From Oscillospiraceae bacterium (GTDB lineage Bacteria; Bacillota; Clostridia; Oscillospirales; Acutalibacteraceae), in assembly GCA_031271865.1 (NCBI GenBank), contig JAISUW010000044.1:589-64588 (forward strand): DNA of 64,000 nucleotides, in the 5' to 3' direction. Each line of letters begins with the position of its first letter. Position 1 is the stretch's first letter. The translations under genes and the position numbers were made by a program. The notes below the pieces were generated by a model. The model was not told where the DNA came from. It did no database searches and worked only from the letters and a program-made list of their open reading frames with translations. This document shows positions 1 to 9,238 of the stretch, one piece after another.

Positions 1-1
1 C

Positions 2-1552
2 GTCACCAAAGGCTGGATTGCCTCCGCAGATGGTGCGTATGTCTATTTCGTTCGCCAAGGTTCTGTGCGGCTTTGGCGCGCTGCGGATTCTACGGATACC
101 CAGATACAGTCCGGCGGTCAGATGTACGGTGAAAGCGGATCCAAGGCCATATTCCTCACCGCAAAATCCGGCGGCGGTGTCCAAAGGATACAGCGCATTC
201 ACCCCGGTCAAGAGCCGCAGGAAATAGCCGCCCAAGCCGCAATAGTGTCGTTCCACAGCCAACCTGTCCAAGAACTGCTCCTCAAAGTCCCGAATGCAGA
301 CACAACCCAGTCCCTGCAAATCGTAACCGCTGACGGTGCGCCAACGACGATTGCCGCTGCGGTAACAGAAATTGCCGACAATTATACACCCGGAGGCAAC
401 CTATATTACCTTTCCTCCATAGTTCCCGCTACGGACACAACCGAAACCCCTGCTGCCGAAACCGAGGACGAATCCACCGACACCCCCGGCAGCAAGTATT
501 ACACCGACAGTTATAAAGAAGCAGACGCAAGAATAAAAAAGCCCAACCGTACTGATTATCCAAACGGTTGGCTTACCAGTTGGGGCGGCGACTTGCTTTA
601 TGAGAATGACATGAAGAGTTATCGAGCCAAGGAACGCCGTGACAGTGCCCGCCAAGCTGTCGAAGTTATCCTATCCGACCCCACATCTGTAACCACAGCG
701 GCGAGTGAACTCTGCGTATGGACCGGCAAAATGTCCTATAAGCTGACAGAGAACATTCTATCTCTGCAATTCCTCAACGCATATACGCTAAACGGATCCC
801 CGGCGATTGTTTATCATAAGTATCTCTTAGAAAGAACCGAGCAGGATAAGCCCTCCGTCGAAGAATTGGCCGCCCTTCTGGAGTCCGGCGGTCAGGAGGC
901 CGTCCGTGAAAGAATTCTCGGTGTCAAATCGGATCCGGCTGATTTGGGTATGTGGTTACTGCGCATTGTCAATGGCTCTCCGGTCGAGGTAGCTCTCCAA
1001 GAAAAGTCCGAAACCGGTGAATGGTCGTTTGCCTTTATCAATGGCGGAAATACGCTCCTTGCTCTGCAAACCAATGCGGACAAGACGACTTCTTCCCTTT
1101 ACGCAAGTGCCGTCACGGAAACGGCAATGGAACCATCTGTACTCCTGAACGCGGCTGTCCGCACCGACAACTGGAGCGGTTTAACAACTGACGGTTTGTA
1201 TTACAAATCATCAGAGGACGACGGCACGCAAGCGCTGTATTGGTATAACGGTCTTGAGAATAAAGAGCTGTTCCGCGCCGCAAATATGAACATTTATGTG
1301 GCACCCGGTACAGACAAAGCGCTGCTATTCGCAGATATGCAAGCAGAGGCAGCGCACCTTTGGCTCTGCGAGAACGGTGAAGCGGAAGAGTTGGCTTCGC
1401 AAGCAGCAAGCCCTATTTTAACCGATACGTATTGTTGGTTTATCCGTATCAATGCAGACGGCACTAAAGAAATCCTCCGCAGAGGCCCGAAGCAAAGTGC
1501 CCGCATAGCTGATAACGCAGATGCATTGATAAGTGTATGGGAGGAGCCATGA
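2..1552 (+). CDS. hypothetical protein, 5' end outside the window
   Basis: The frame is open from nt 2, with no stop before the first ATG at 65, so the ORF enters from upstream. I recognise no motif. The stop TGA (1550-1552) overlaps the next start as ATGA. Confidence 0.6.
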   Translation, partial: VTKGWIASADGAYVYFVRQGSVRLWRAADSTDTQIQSGGQMYGESGSKAIFLTAKSGGGVQRIQRIHPGQEPQEIAAQAAIVSFHSQPVQELLLKVPNADTTQSLQIVTADGAPTTIAAAVTEIADNYTPGGNLYYLSSIVPATDTTETPAAETEDESTDTPGSKYYTDSYKEADARIKKPNRTDYPNGWLTSWGGDLLYENDMKSYRAKERRDSARQAVEVILSDPTSVTTAASELCVWTGKMSYKLTENILSLQFLNAYTLNGSPAIVYHKYLLERTEQDKPSVEELAALLESGGQEAVRERILGVKSDPADLGMWLLRIVNGSPVEVALQEKSETGEWSFAFINGGNTLLALQTNADKTTSSLYASAVTETAMEPSVLLNAAVRTDNWSGLTTDGLYYKSSEDDGTQALYWYNGLENKELFRAANMNIYVAPGTDKALLFADMQAEAAHLWLCENGEAEELASQAASPILTDTYCWFIRINADGTKEILRRGPKQSARIADNADALISVWEEP

Positions 1553-1872
1553 CCGGAGATTTCTTTCGTACAGCCGTGAACGGCTTCCGCAAAGAGGACG
1601 TATTGGCCTATATCAAAGAATCCGAAGCTCGCGCTGAAGCCTTGCGGAAAGAGAATGACCGCCTGCGGCAAGAGCTTCTTGCGTCGGACAGTAAACGAAT
1701 CCGCAAAGAGCTGGAAGCAATACTCCACTCATTATACGAAGCCCGCGACCTTGCTGAGGAGCTGGAGCGCGAGAATCTGTTGCTCCGTGAGAAACTGCAG
1801 AAGTGTGAGCAGGAAGCAACTGCCGCAGATGACAACCTTCCCACTGCCGGTCAAATCCGTATGGAGAATTGA
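1549..1872 (+). CDS. DivIVA-domain coiled-coil protein
   Basis: The N-terminus FRTAVNGFRKEDVLAYI resembles the DivIVA N-terminal motif, followed by a heptad-rich E/R/L coiled coil. A GGGAGGA RBS precedes the ATG at 1549, so the track start at 1537 is less likely. Confidence 0.6.
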   Translation: MTGDFFRTAVNGFRKEDVLAYIKESEARAEALRKENDRLRQELLASDSKRIRKELEAILHSLYEARDLAEELERENLLLREKLQKCEQEATAADDNLPTAGQIRMEN

Positions 1873-1943
1873 CAATGGTCGCAGTAACAAGCGATTTGTT
1901 TATGCCGTAAAATTCTGAAACAGCACCTGGGGGAATACGATTT

Positions 1944-2489
1944 ATGGAACCGATAAGCATACGCACAGAGGAGATACGCACGCGAATGCCGCAACTGCGT
2001 TCCGGTCAACAGGTTCTCCTGTCAGGTACGGTCTATACTGCGCGTGACGCAGCACACAAGCGCATCGTTTCCATTCTTCGCGGCGAAAGCAGTGAGGCTC
2101 TCCCATTCCAACTGGACGGTGCGGTCATATACTATGCAGGCCCTACACCGACCAAGCCCGGCATGGTAATCGGCTCCTGCGGTCCCACCACAAGCAGTCG
2201 CATGGACCCCTATACGCCGCTGCTACTGGAGCAGGGCTTGGCGGGCATCATAGGGAAGGGAGAGCGTTCGCAAGCCGTGGTTACAGCACTCCAAGAGCAT
2301 CAGGCCGTCTATTTTTGCGCGGTTGGCGGCGCCGGTGCCTTGGCAGCCCGGCATATTATTGCTTGCGAAGAAATTGCATTCCAAGACCTCGGCTGTGAAA
2401 GCGTCAAGCAATTGAAATTCAAGGATTTCCCTCTGTTTGTGGGCATAGATGCCTTTGGCGGCAGTCTTTTCGAAAAGACGAACGAATAG
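1944..2489 (+). CDS. Fe-S hydro-lyase beta subunit (class I fumarate hydratase / L-tartrate dehydratase beta type)
   Basis: Contains LSGTVYTARDAAHKRI, GPTTSSRMDPYTP and IGKGERS, which are typical of the FumA C-terminal / TtdB family. Confidence 0.8.
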   Translation: MEPISIRTEEIRTRMPQLRSGQQVLLSGTVYTARDAAHKRIVSILRGESSEALPFQLDGAVIYYAGPTPTKPGMVIGSCGPTTSSRMDPYTPLLLEQGLAGIIGKGERSQAVVTALQEHQAVYFCAVGGAGALAARHIIACEEIAFQDLGCESVKQLKFKDFPLFVGIDAFGGSLFEKTNE

Positions 2490-2549
2490 AACAATCGATG
2501 CCGCGGCCCTATACGATTAACTGTAAATGATTCATAGTAAGGAGGCAAA

Positions 2550-3596
2550 ATGCCGTTCACAGCGTTCATCCAATTGGTTACAGGCAACCCGGTCATGGCT
2601 TTTACGGCAGTAATGACGTTGGGCGTTATCTTTGTCAATGGCTGGACAGATGCCCCAAACGCAATCGCCACCTGCGTTTCCACGCGTTCTCTGGAAGCGC
2701 GTAAAGCCATCGGGATGGCGGCGGTGCTGAACTTCCTTGGTTTACTGGTCATGACAGCTGTCAACGCTTCTGTCTCCCAGACCATATATAACATGGTAGA
2801 TTTTGGGGACGATGCCCACAAAGCGACGGTTGCCCTTTGCGCTGCCATGGTCGCTATTGTTCTCTGGGCCGTTATCGCATGGAAGTTCGGCATCCCGACA
2901 AGCGAGAGCCATGCGCTCATAGCAGGTCTGACAGGAGCCGCTATTGCAATCAACCACGGTTTCAGCGGCGTAAACGGTCATGAGTGGGTGAAAGTCCTCT
3001 ACGGGCTTGCCCTCTCGGCGATACTGGGCTTCGGCTTGGGCTGGCTTTCGGGGAAAGGCGTATTCACTTTGGCAGGCCACTTGAACCGTCTGCGCCATGC
3101 CGCCTTTTTTCGCGGCGGGCAGATTGCCGCCGCCGCCGGGAGCGCATTCATGCACGGTGCGCAGGATGGTCAAAAGTTCCTCGGTGTTTTCCTGCTCGGC
3201 ATAACACTTGCCGGCGGGGACGCAGGAACAGAAAATTTCACGATTCCGCTGTGGCTCATGGCATTGTGTTCAATCACCATGGCGGTGGGCACTTCTGTCG
3301 GCGGTTATAAGATTATCAAATCCGTCGGCATGGATATGGTGAAGCTGGAGGCGCACGAGGGCTTTGCTGCCGATTTGGCAGCTACGCTTTGCCTCTTACT
3401 TGCCACATTCGGCGGCGTCCCGGTCAGCACAACACATACCAAGACCACGGCCATTATGGGGGTGGGTGCCGTCAAGTCCATGCGCAGTGTCAACTGGCGC
3501 GTGGTCGGCGAAATGGCGCTTGCTTGGGTGATGACTTTTCCCGGCTGCGGGCTGATTGGCTGGGGCATGGCACTGCTGTTTTTGAAACTGTTCTGA
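2550..3596 (+). CDS. pit: inorganic phosphate transporter, PiT family
   Basis: Carries the GWTDAPNAIAT signature and a second TTHTKTTAIMGVG repeat, and is polytopic. A strong AAGGAGG RBS is present. Confidence 0.9.
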   Translation: MPFTAFIQLVTGNPVMAFTAVMTLGVIFVNGWTDAPNAIATCVSTRSLEARKAIGMAAVLNFLGLLVMTAVNASVSQTIYNMVDFGDDAHKATVALCAAMVAIVLWAVIAWKFGIPTSESHALIAGLTGAAIAINHGFSGVNGHEWVKVLYGLALSAILGFGLGWLSGKGVFTLAGHLNRLRHAAFFRGGQIAAAAGSAFMHGAQDGQKFLGVFLLGITLAGGDAGTENFTIPLWLMALCSITMAVGTSVGGYKIIKSVGMDMVKLEAHEGFAADLAATLCLLLATFGGVPVSTTHTKTTAIMGVGAVKSMRSVNWRVVGEMALAWVMTFPGCGLIGWGMALLFLKLF

Positions 3597-3625
3597 TTTA
3601 TATTCTGTTATATAGGAGATGCACG

Positions 3626-4249
3626 ATGCCCAAAGATAAGTATGATTACTTCCATAACCTCGAGGCGCAGGCAGCTTGCCTTTCCCGCGCAGCCAATGCA
3701 TTGGCGGATGCCCTGCGGAACTATGACTTCCTGCGGCACCCCGAAGTGCTGAACCTCCTGCGGGAGGAATTGCGCCAAAGCCGCTTCATTCGCCGCGCCA
3801 TGACAGAAGCCCTTATAGCGGACTTTCTTCCGCCCATGGAGCGTGCCGACCTCATGGATCTGACAGTTGGATTAGACCGCCTGACAGCTTCTGCGGAACA
3901 CGCCCTACGGCAAGTCTACTCACTTCAGGTGCCGGAAGTTCCGGATGCTGTCTCGGATCTTGCCGGGCACTTTGCCCGCCAGGCCGATTGTGTGGCGAAG
4001 CTCCTCGGGCTTCTTCCGCACCGCAAAAAAGTCACGGAGGATATGCTCCTCCTCACGCGCGAAATGGGCGACATCGAGGAAGCCTGTGATGAGATAGTCA
4101 CAGGTTCGCAGCAGACGTTGTTCTCTCATGAACCGAACACTCGCAGTCTCTTAGTCTGGACGGTCATCTTGGAGCAGCTCGTCACATGTACAGACTTAGG
4201 CAATCGTTTTGCCTTTACGGTAGAGGCTGCCGTAATGAAAAATATTTAG
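3626..4249 (+). CDS. DUF47 (PhoU-like) protein, the usual Pit partner
   Basis: A helical PhoU-like sequence adjacent to pit. The ATG at 3626 follows an AGGAGA RBS. The track start at 3389 would overlap pit by more than 200 nt. Confidence 0.7.
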   Translation: MPKDKYDYFHNLEAQAACLSRAANALADALRNYDFLRHPEVLNLLREELRQSRFIRRAMTEALIADFLPPMERADLMDLTVGLDRLTASAEHALRQVYSLQVPEVPDAVSDLAGHFARQADCVAKLLGLLPHRKKVTEDMLLLTREMGDIEEACDEIVTGSQQTLFSHEPNTRSLLVWTVILEQLVTCTDLGNRFAFTVEAAVMKNI

Positions 4250-4386
4250 ATTTTTTTTGTTACCGTTTGTAATTTCCATCTTGCCTCCGGATGAATGCCG
4301 AAGGCGTTGGTGATAGCATGAAAACGCTCTGTTTTTCATATATATACGCGAATAGGTGTGTATTTTTGACAGATGGGGGCGTACTC

Positions 4387-5031
4387 ATGAATAATCCATT
4401 TGATATAAGCCATGCGGATATACGGCAGGTGCAGGTTTTGGCAGGACCGACGGGACCGCAGGGCATTCAGGGTTTGCCCGGGCGGGATGGGGCAACCGGT
4501 CCCCAGGGCATACAAGGTCCCAGAGGTTTGCCCGGGCAAAACGGCGTTGACGGTCAGCGCGGACCGCAGGGCATTCAAGGTTTACCCGGAGCTGTCGGTG
4601 CTACAGGAGCGACGGGGGCAACCGGAGCGCGTGGGGAACGCGGTCCTGTTGGGGTTACCGGTCCTGCAGGTCCGCAGGGCATCTCCGTGCGTGGGGAAGT
4701 CGGGGAACCCGGTCCGACAGGTCCGACCGGTGCCACAGGCGCCACCGGACCGGCAGGCAAAGACGGTGCGGATGGTTACCACGGCCGTGACGGCGCTACC
4801 GGCGTGACGGGTCCAACCGGACCGCGGGGACGCGATGGCGCAACCGGTCCCGTGGGGCCGGCTCCGAATATGAACGGTTACCTCACTTCGTATCTGCGCA
4901 GCCCCGATGCTTATGCCATTATGCGCCGCGCCGCTCTGGAAGTTGTGCAGAAGCATATGTCCTCCCCGGAAGTCAATCAGTATATCCGGAGCATTGTCCG
5001 AAAGCACTTTATGGAGCTGCTGATGAAATAA
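4387..5031 (+). CDS. collagen-like triple-helix repeat protein
   Basis: About 45 consecutive Gly-X-Y triplets ([22 protein letters not shown]...) with one interruption (GISVRGEVG), then a ~55-aa non-collagen C-terminal tail. The ATG at 4387 follows GGGGGCG. Confidence 0.85.
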   Translation: MNNPFDISHADIRQVQVLAGPTGPQGIQGLPGRDGATGPQGIQGPRGLPGQNGVDGQRGPQGIQGLPGAVGATGATGATGARGERGPVGVTGPAGPQGISVRGEVGEPGPTGPTGATGATGPAGKDGADGYHGRDGATGVTGPTGPRGRDGATGPVGPAPNMNGYLTSYLRSPDAYAIMRRAALEVVQKHMSSPEVNQYIRSIVRKHFMELLMK

Positions 5032-5060
5032 ACAAAACACGAAAAAAAACGCCTACCCCC

Positions 5061-5089
5061 TTGACATGAGCCGCCGACCATGGTAAAAT
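5061..5089 (+). promoter_or_regulatory. sigma-A type promoter for glcK
   Basis: TTGACA (5061-5066), a 17-nt spacer, then TGgTAAAAT (-10 at 5084-5089). Confidence 0.6.
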
Positions 5090-5122
5090 ATAAGCATTAG
5101 TTCATGATAAAGGGGAAACATT

Positions 5123-6070
5123 ATGTATACACTCGGCGTAGACTTGGGCGGAACGAACATCAGCGTAGGCGTGGTGGATGAGAAATTGGATATAGTGGGC
5201 AGAGGTGTGGTCAAAACCCGTGCCGGCCGCCCGGCAGCAGAAATCTTTGCCTCCATCAAAGAGGCTTGTGGCCTTGCTGTCCAAGATGCCGGCATAGCCA
5301 TGGAGGATGTCCAATCTATAGGGGTAGGCACCCCCGGCAGCGTCAATAAGGAGAACGGCTTTATTGAGTTCGCTAACAACCTGGGATTCCGGCAGGTGCC
5401 CGCTAAGGAAATGCTGGAGGCTCTCCTCCAAAAGCCTGTTTATCTGGACAACGATGCCAACTGCGCGGCGCTCGGCGAAGCTCTCGCGGGTGCCGGCAAA
5501 GGGACGCAGTCCTTTGTGGCCGTTACGCTCGGAACCGGCGTCGGCAGCGGTATTGTCATCAACAATAAAATCGTAACCGGTGTTAATGATGCCGCCGGCG
5601 AGATGGGGCATATGGTCGTCTGCATCGACGGTCTGCCCTGTAACTGCGGTCGGCGCGGCTGCTGGGAGAAGTATGCTTCCGCCCCCGCTCTCATTGACCA
5701 AACCAAAGAAGCCATGGAAATCCATAAGGATTCCAAGCTCTGGGAGATAGCCGGCGGTTCCTTGGACAATGTGGACGGCCGCACATCTTTCGATGCTTGG
5801 CGCGCCGGGGATAAAGCCGGTGTGTATGTCGTGGAACGCTATATGCATTACCTTGCGGTGGGATTGGGGAACATTATCAACGCCCTCCAACCGGAAGTTA
5901 TCTGCATCGGCGGCGGCATCGGTAATGAGGGGGAGAATCTTCTGAAGCCCCTCCGTGAGTTGGTCAAGAATGAACGCTACTCTATCTATGCCCGTGTTCA
6001 AACACGGCTTGTCCCGGCTGTGCTCGGTAATGACGCCGGTATCATCGGCGCGGCGGCACTTACCGAGTGA
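5123..6070 (+). CDS. glcK: ROK family glucokinase
   Basis: Contains the LGVDLGGTNISVGVVD ATP-binding motif and the ROK Cys motif CNCGRRGCWE. Confidence 0.85.
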   Translation: MYTLGVDLGGTNISVGVVDEKLDIVGRGVVKTRAGRPAAEIFASIKEACGLAVQDAGIAMEDVQSIGVGTPGSVNKENGFIEFANNLGFRQVPAKEMLEALLQKPVYLDNDANCAALGEALAGAGKGTQSFVAVTLGTGVGSGIVINNKIVTGVNDAAGEMGHMVVCIDGLPCNCGRRGCWEKYASAPALIDQTKEAMEIHKDSKLWEIAGGSLDNVDGRTSFDAWRAGDKAGVYVVERYMHYLAVGLGNIINALQPEVICIGGGIGNEGENLLKPLRELVKNERYSIYARVQTRLVPAVLGNDAGIIGAAALTE

Positions 6071-6203
6071 CGTGGGTATGGAGCAATGCTCCATCTTCGC
6101 CCCTTGCACCGAATGTATAAAGCACCGCCCGTGCCGCATACAATAAACAAGGGGCATCAGCCCTTTGGGTTGGTGCTGTCAAGCCGTCAAAAGGGAGACG
6201 CAC

Positions 6204-7106
6204 ATGGAGAATCGTTTTCAGAAGCTTTATCAGGCATTGGAGAACCAAGGCATACCCTATGCGAAAGACGTACCGATGTCCCAAAAGACAACATTCCGCA
6301 TCGGTGGTCCGGCGGCTTTGATGGTTTATCCGGGAGACGCGGCGCAAGTGCAGTCCGTACTGCGTCTTAGCGCAGAGGCAGGCGAAAGTGTATTCACATT
6401 AGGCCGCGGGAGTGACTTGCTGGTAAAAGACTCCGGTTTGGAGTGCGTGGTTCTCTCTACAGAACGGCTCACCGGCTTTTCTGTGAAAGGCAATACGGTG
6501 ACTGCCGGGGCAGGGGAGAAGCTGTCGGACTTATGTCTTTACGCGCAGCAGCAAGGACTGGCAGGCTTGGAGTTTGCGTTCGGCATTCCCGGTTCCGTTG
6601 GCGGCGGGGTATATATGAATGCCGGCGCCTATGGCGGCGAACTGAAAGATGTGTGCGTATCTGTCAAAGCCGTAACGGCGGATGGGGAGAGCACCCTCTT
6701 GGCAGAGGATTGCGCTTTCGGTTATCGGCACAGCTTCTTCACAGACCACCCAAGCTATGTTGTTACGGAGGCAAGCTTTGCCCTTTCTCCGGATGAACCG
6801 GCGGCTATAAGGGAGCGCATGGATGCCGTCATGCAGAAACGAAAAGACAAGCAGCCACTGGAATACCCCTCAGCCGGGAGCGTCTTCAAGCGGCCGCCGG
6901 GCTTCTTTGCCGGCGGACTGATAGAGCAGAACAATCTGAAAGGCAAGTCTATCGGCGGCGCACAGGTCTCGGAGAAGCACGCCGGCTTCATTGTCAACAA
7001 AGGCGGTGCTACCGCCAAGGATGTGCGCACACTCATAGCCCTCATTCAGGAAGTGGTTCAGAAGAATAACGGTGTCTTGCTGGAACCGGAGATAAAGTTT
7101 ATCTGA
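6204..7106 (+). CDS. murB: UDP-N-acetylenolpyruvoylglucosamine reductase
   Basis: Contains TTFRIGGPA, GRGSDLLV and the C-terminal SAGSVFKRP / GGAQVSEKHAGFIVN motifs. The ATG at 6204 follows AAGGGAG. Confidence 0.9.
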   Translation: MENRFQKLYQALENQGIPYAKDVPMSQKTTFRIGGPAALMVYPGDAAQVQSVLRLSAEAGESVFTLGRGSDLLVKDSGLECVVLSTERLTGFSVKGNTVTAGAGEKLSDLCLYAQQQGLAGLEFAFGIPGSVGGGVYMNAGAYGGELKDVCVSVKAVTADGESTLLAEDCAFGYRHSFFTDHPSYVVTEASFALSPDEPAAIRERMDAVMQKRKDKQPLEYPSAGSVFKRPPGFFAGGLIEQNNLKGKSIGGAQVSEKHAGFIVNKGGATAKDVRTLIALIQEVVQKNNGVLLEPEIKFI

Positions 7107-7140
7107 TGGATTCAGGCGGCTGAAAAATCTGCAAATACCT

Positions 7141-7169
7141 TTGACAAATGCGATTCAATGTGCTATAAT
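7141..7169 (+). promoter_or_regulatory. consensus sigma-A promoter for the paaK-like gene
   Basis: TTGACA (7141-7146), a 17-nt spacer, then TGcTATAAT (-10 at 7164-7169). Confidence 0.7.
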
Positions 7170-7184
7170 ATACGCATTGAATCG
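7151..7184. promoter_or_regulatory. perfect 10-bp inverted repeat bracketing the -10 box (putative operator)
   Basis: CGATTCAATG (7151-7160) and CATTGAATCG (7175-7184) are exact reverse complements separated by 14 nt that contain TATAAT. Confidence 0.5.
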
Positions 7185-7240
7185 TATCGGTCTGCCTAAC
7201 CGTTACTATTCCAATCACCGCACCGAAAGGAATGAAGTCC

Positions 7241-8569
7241 ATGGGTATGTTTTATCAACCGGAGATTGAATGCGCCTCCCGCGACTATCTCCATCACATC
7301 CAATCCGCACGTCTGATTCAGATGACCAAAAACTGCTATGAAAATGTCCCGTTCTATAAGAAGAAATTTGACGAAATCGGACTCTCGCCGGAGGATATTC
7401 ATTCCATTGACGATTTGCATAAGCTTCCCTTTACGGTGAAGCAAGACTTGCGCGACAACTATCCCTACGGACTCTTTGCCGTCCCGAAGGAGCGATTGAT
7501 TCGTATCCATGCCTCCAGCGGCACTACCGGCAAACAGACCGTTGTCGGCTATACAGCAGAAGATGTCCTCCATTGGGCAGAAGGGGCTGCCCGCGCTCTG
7601 GTAGCGGCCGGATGCACAAAAGATGACTACGTCCATGTATCCTATGGTTACGGACTTTTCACCGGAGGCTTGGGGCTGCATGACGGCGCCGAACTATTAG
7701 GCGCTACGGTCATTCCGGTAAGCAGCGGCAATACTGCCCGGCAGGTACAGATCCTGCAGGACTTCGGTTCGAACATTCTTTGCTGCACCCCTTCCTATGC
7801 CATGTTTATCGGCGAAACCATCGCACAGATGGGCATTGACCCGAAATCCCTCGCCGTGCGCGCCGGCATTTTCGGCGCCGAACCGTGGACGCCGGAAATG
7901 CGTGCCGGCATAGAAACGCTTCTGGACATCAAAGCGCATGATATTTACGGACTTTCGGAGATTGCCGGCCCCGGCGTGTCCTATGACTGCGAAGCCTTTA
8001 ACGGACTGCACGTCTGCGAGGATTACTTCTATCCCGAAATCATCGACCCCGAAACGCTTGAGCCGCTGCCGGACGGCGAATACGGCGAATTGGTCTTTAC
8101 CTGCATCGGCAAAGAGGCGCTCCCGCTGGTGCGCTACCGCACCCGCGACATCTGTGCCATCCACCGCGAAAAATGCTCGTGCGGACGCACACTTGTGCGG
8201 ATGTCCAAACCGGTCGGCCGTTCCGATGACATGCTCATCATTCGCGGCGTGAACGTCTTCCCGTCGCAGGTGGAACACGTCATCCTCCGCGAGGGCTACG
8301 AGCCGAACTACCTGATTGAGGTCAGCCGCCAGAACAATCTGGATGTTATGACCGTCAAAGTGGAAATGACCGCCGACAAGTTTACCGACTCTGTGCGCGA
8401 GATGGAGGCTCTGGAGAAGAAACTCTCCGCAGCCATGCTATCCACTTTGGGCGTGTCCGCTGCCATCAAGCTTGTGGAACCGCGCTCCCTCCCGCGCTCC
8501 GAGGGCAAGGCGAAACGTGTCATCGATAACCGCCACATCATTGATTATAATGTGGGCGAGAAGAAATAA
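7241..8569 (+). CDS. paaK: phenylacetate-CoA ligase family (PaaK-like aryl/indole-acetate CoA ligase)
   Basis: Contains NVPFYKKKFDE, LPFTVKQDLRDNYPYGLFAV and SSGTTGK. The start is ambiguous, with ATGs at 7232, 7241 and 7247. Confidence 0.85.
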   Translation: MGMFYQPEIECASRDYLHHIQSARLIQMTKNCYENVPFYKKKFDEIGLSPEDIHSIDDLHKLPFTVKQDLRDNYPYGLFAVPKERLIRIHASSGTTGKQTVVGYTAEDVLHWAEGAARALVAAGCTKDDYVHVSYGYGLFTGGLGLHDGAELLGATVIPVSSGNTARQVQILQDFGSNILCCTPSYAMFIGETIAQMGIDPKSLAVRAGIFGAEPWTPEMRAGIETLLDIKAHDIYGLSEIAGPGVSYDCEAFNGLHVCEDYFYPEIIDPETLEPLPDGEYGELVFTCIGKEALPLVRYRTRDICAIHREKCSCGRTLVRMSKPVGRSDDMLIIRGVNVFPSQVEHVILREGYEPNYLIEVSRQNNLDVMTVKVEMTADKFTDSVREMEALEKKLSAAMLSTLGVSAAIKLVEPRSLPRSEGKAKRVIDNRHIIDYNVGEKK

Positions 8570-8581
8570 TGCAAATACGAA

Positions 8582-8626
8582 GGGAAGCCCCTGCTGACTT
8601 TCGGGGGCGGGCTTCCCCTTTTTTTG
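8582..8626 (+). terminator. intrinsic terminator (possibly partial) between paaK and the ACT gene
   Basis: A GGGAAGCCC...GGGCTTCCC stem is followed by a T7 run. Confidence 0.6.
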
Positions 8627-8662
8627 TATCAATCCCTTATAAACTGACAGGAGGCATTCCCT

Positions 8663-9085
8663 ATGTCTAAGCAACTCTCCGTATTCCTTGAAAACGCACC
8701 CGGCCGCTTGGATGCTGTTCTCTCTACCTTGGCGGAAGCGGGTATCGACATTCATGCTTTCAGCATTGCAGAGCGTACCGAAACCGGCATTCTGCGGATG
8801 CTTGTCAATGATCCGGATAAGGGCGTCGCGGTTCTCTCTGCCGCCGGGATGACCAGCAAGGCAGCCGAGGTCATTCTTGTCAAAATTGGCGATGCGCCCG
8901 GTAGTGCCATCCGTCCGGTGCGTGTGCTGGCGGAAGCCGGTGTCAATGTGGAGTACGCTTTTGCCTACGAAAACCGCACCAAAGATGCCGCCATCCTTAT
9001 CCTGCGCGTCAATGACAACGCTCTTGCAGAAGAAGCCTTGTCCGGAGCGGGCATTGCTGTCGTTGCCCTAAGTGACATTTTTTGA
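8663..9085 (+). CDS. ACT domain-containing protein
   Basis: A 140-aa protein with two ACT-like beta-alpha-beta-beta-alpha-beta halves (LSVFLENAPGRL..., ILVKIGDAPGS...). It is a common neighbour of PaaK-like ligases in anaerobes. Confidence 0.7.
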   Translation: MSKQLSVFLENAPGRLDAVLSTLAEAGIDIHAFSIAERTETGILRMLVNDPDKGVAVLSAAGMTSKAAEVILVKIGDAPGSAIRPVRVLAEAGVNVEYAFAYENRTKDAAILILRVNDNALAEEALSGAGIAVVALSDIF

Positions 9086-9209
9086 CAAGCATACCTTATT
9101 TTAGTGTCACATATTGTCGAATATTTCCTGAACCTGTAAATTATTTGGTATTTGCTGATAACTATGATAATATTTACGGACTTTTTACAAAAAATCCGCA
9201 AATACTATC

Positions 9210-9238
9210 TTTACAAATGCTTATGAATGTGGTATAAT
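9210..9238 (+). promoter_or_regulatory. sigma-A promoter for the yerC-like gene
   Basis: TTTACA (9210-9215), a 17-nt spacer, then TGgTATAAT (9233-9238), inside a 250-bp AT-rich intergenic region. Confidence 0.6.

Noticed and set aside
4412-5040. ORFs 4412-4807 (+), 4575-4760 (-) and 4582-5040 (-) inside the collagen-like gene.
   Set aside because: They are alternative-frame or antisense readings of the GGN-CCN-rich Gly-X-Y repeat. Only the frame giving perfect G-X-Y periodicity is credible.
5102-6157. A 351-aa minus-strand ORF.
   Set aside because: It is antisense to glcK (ROK motifs lie on the + strand). It is a GC-driven shadow ORF.
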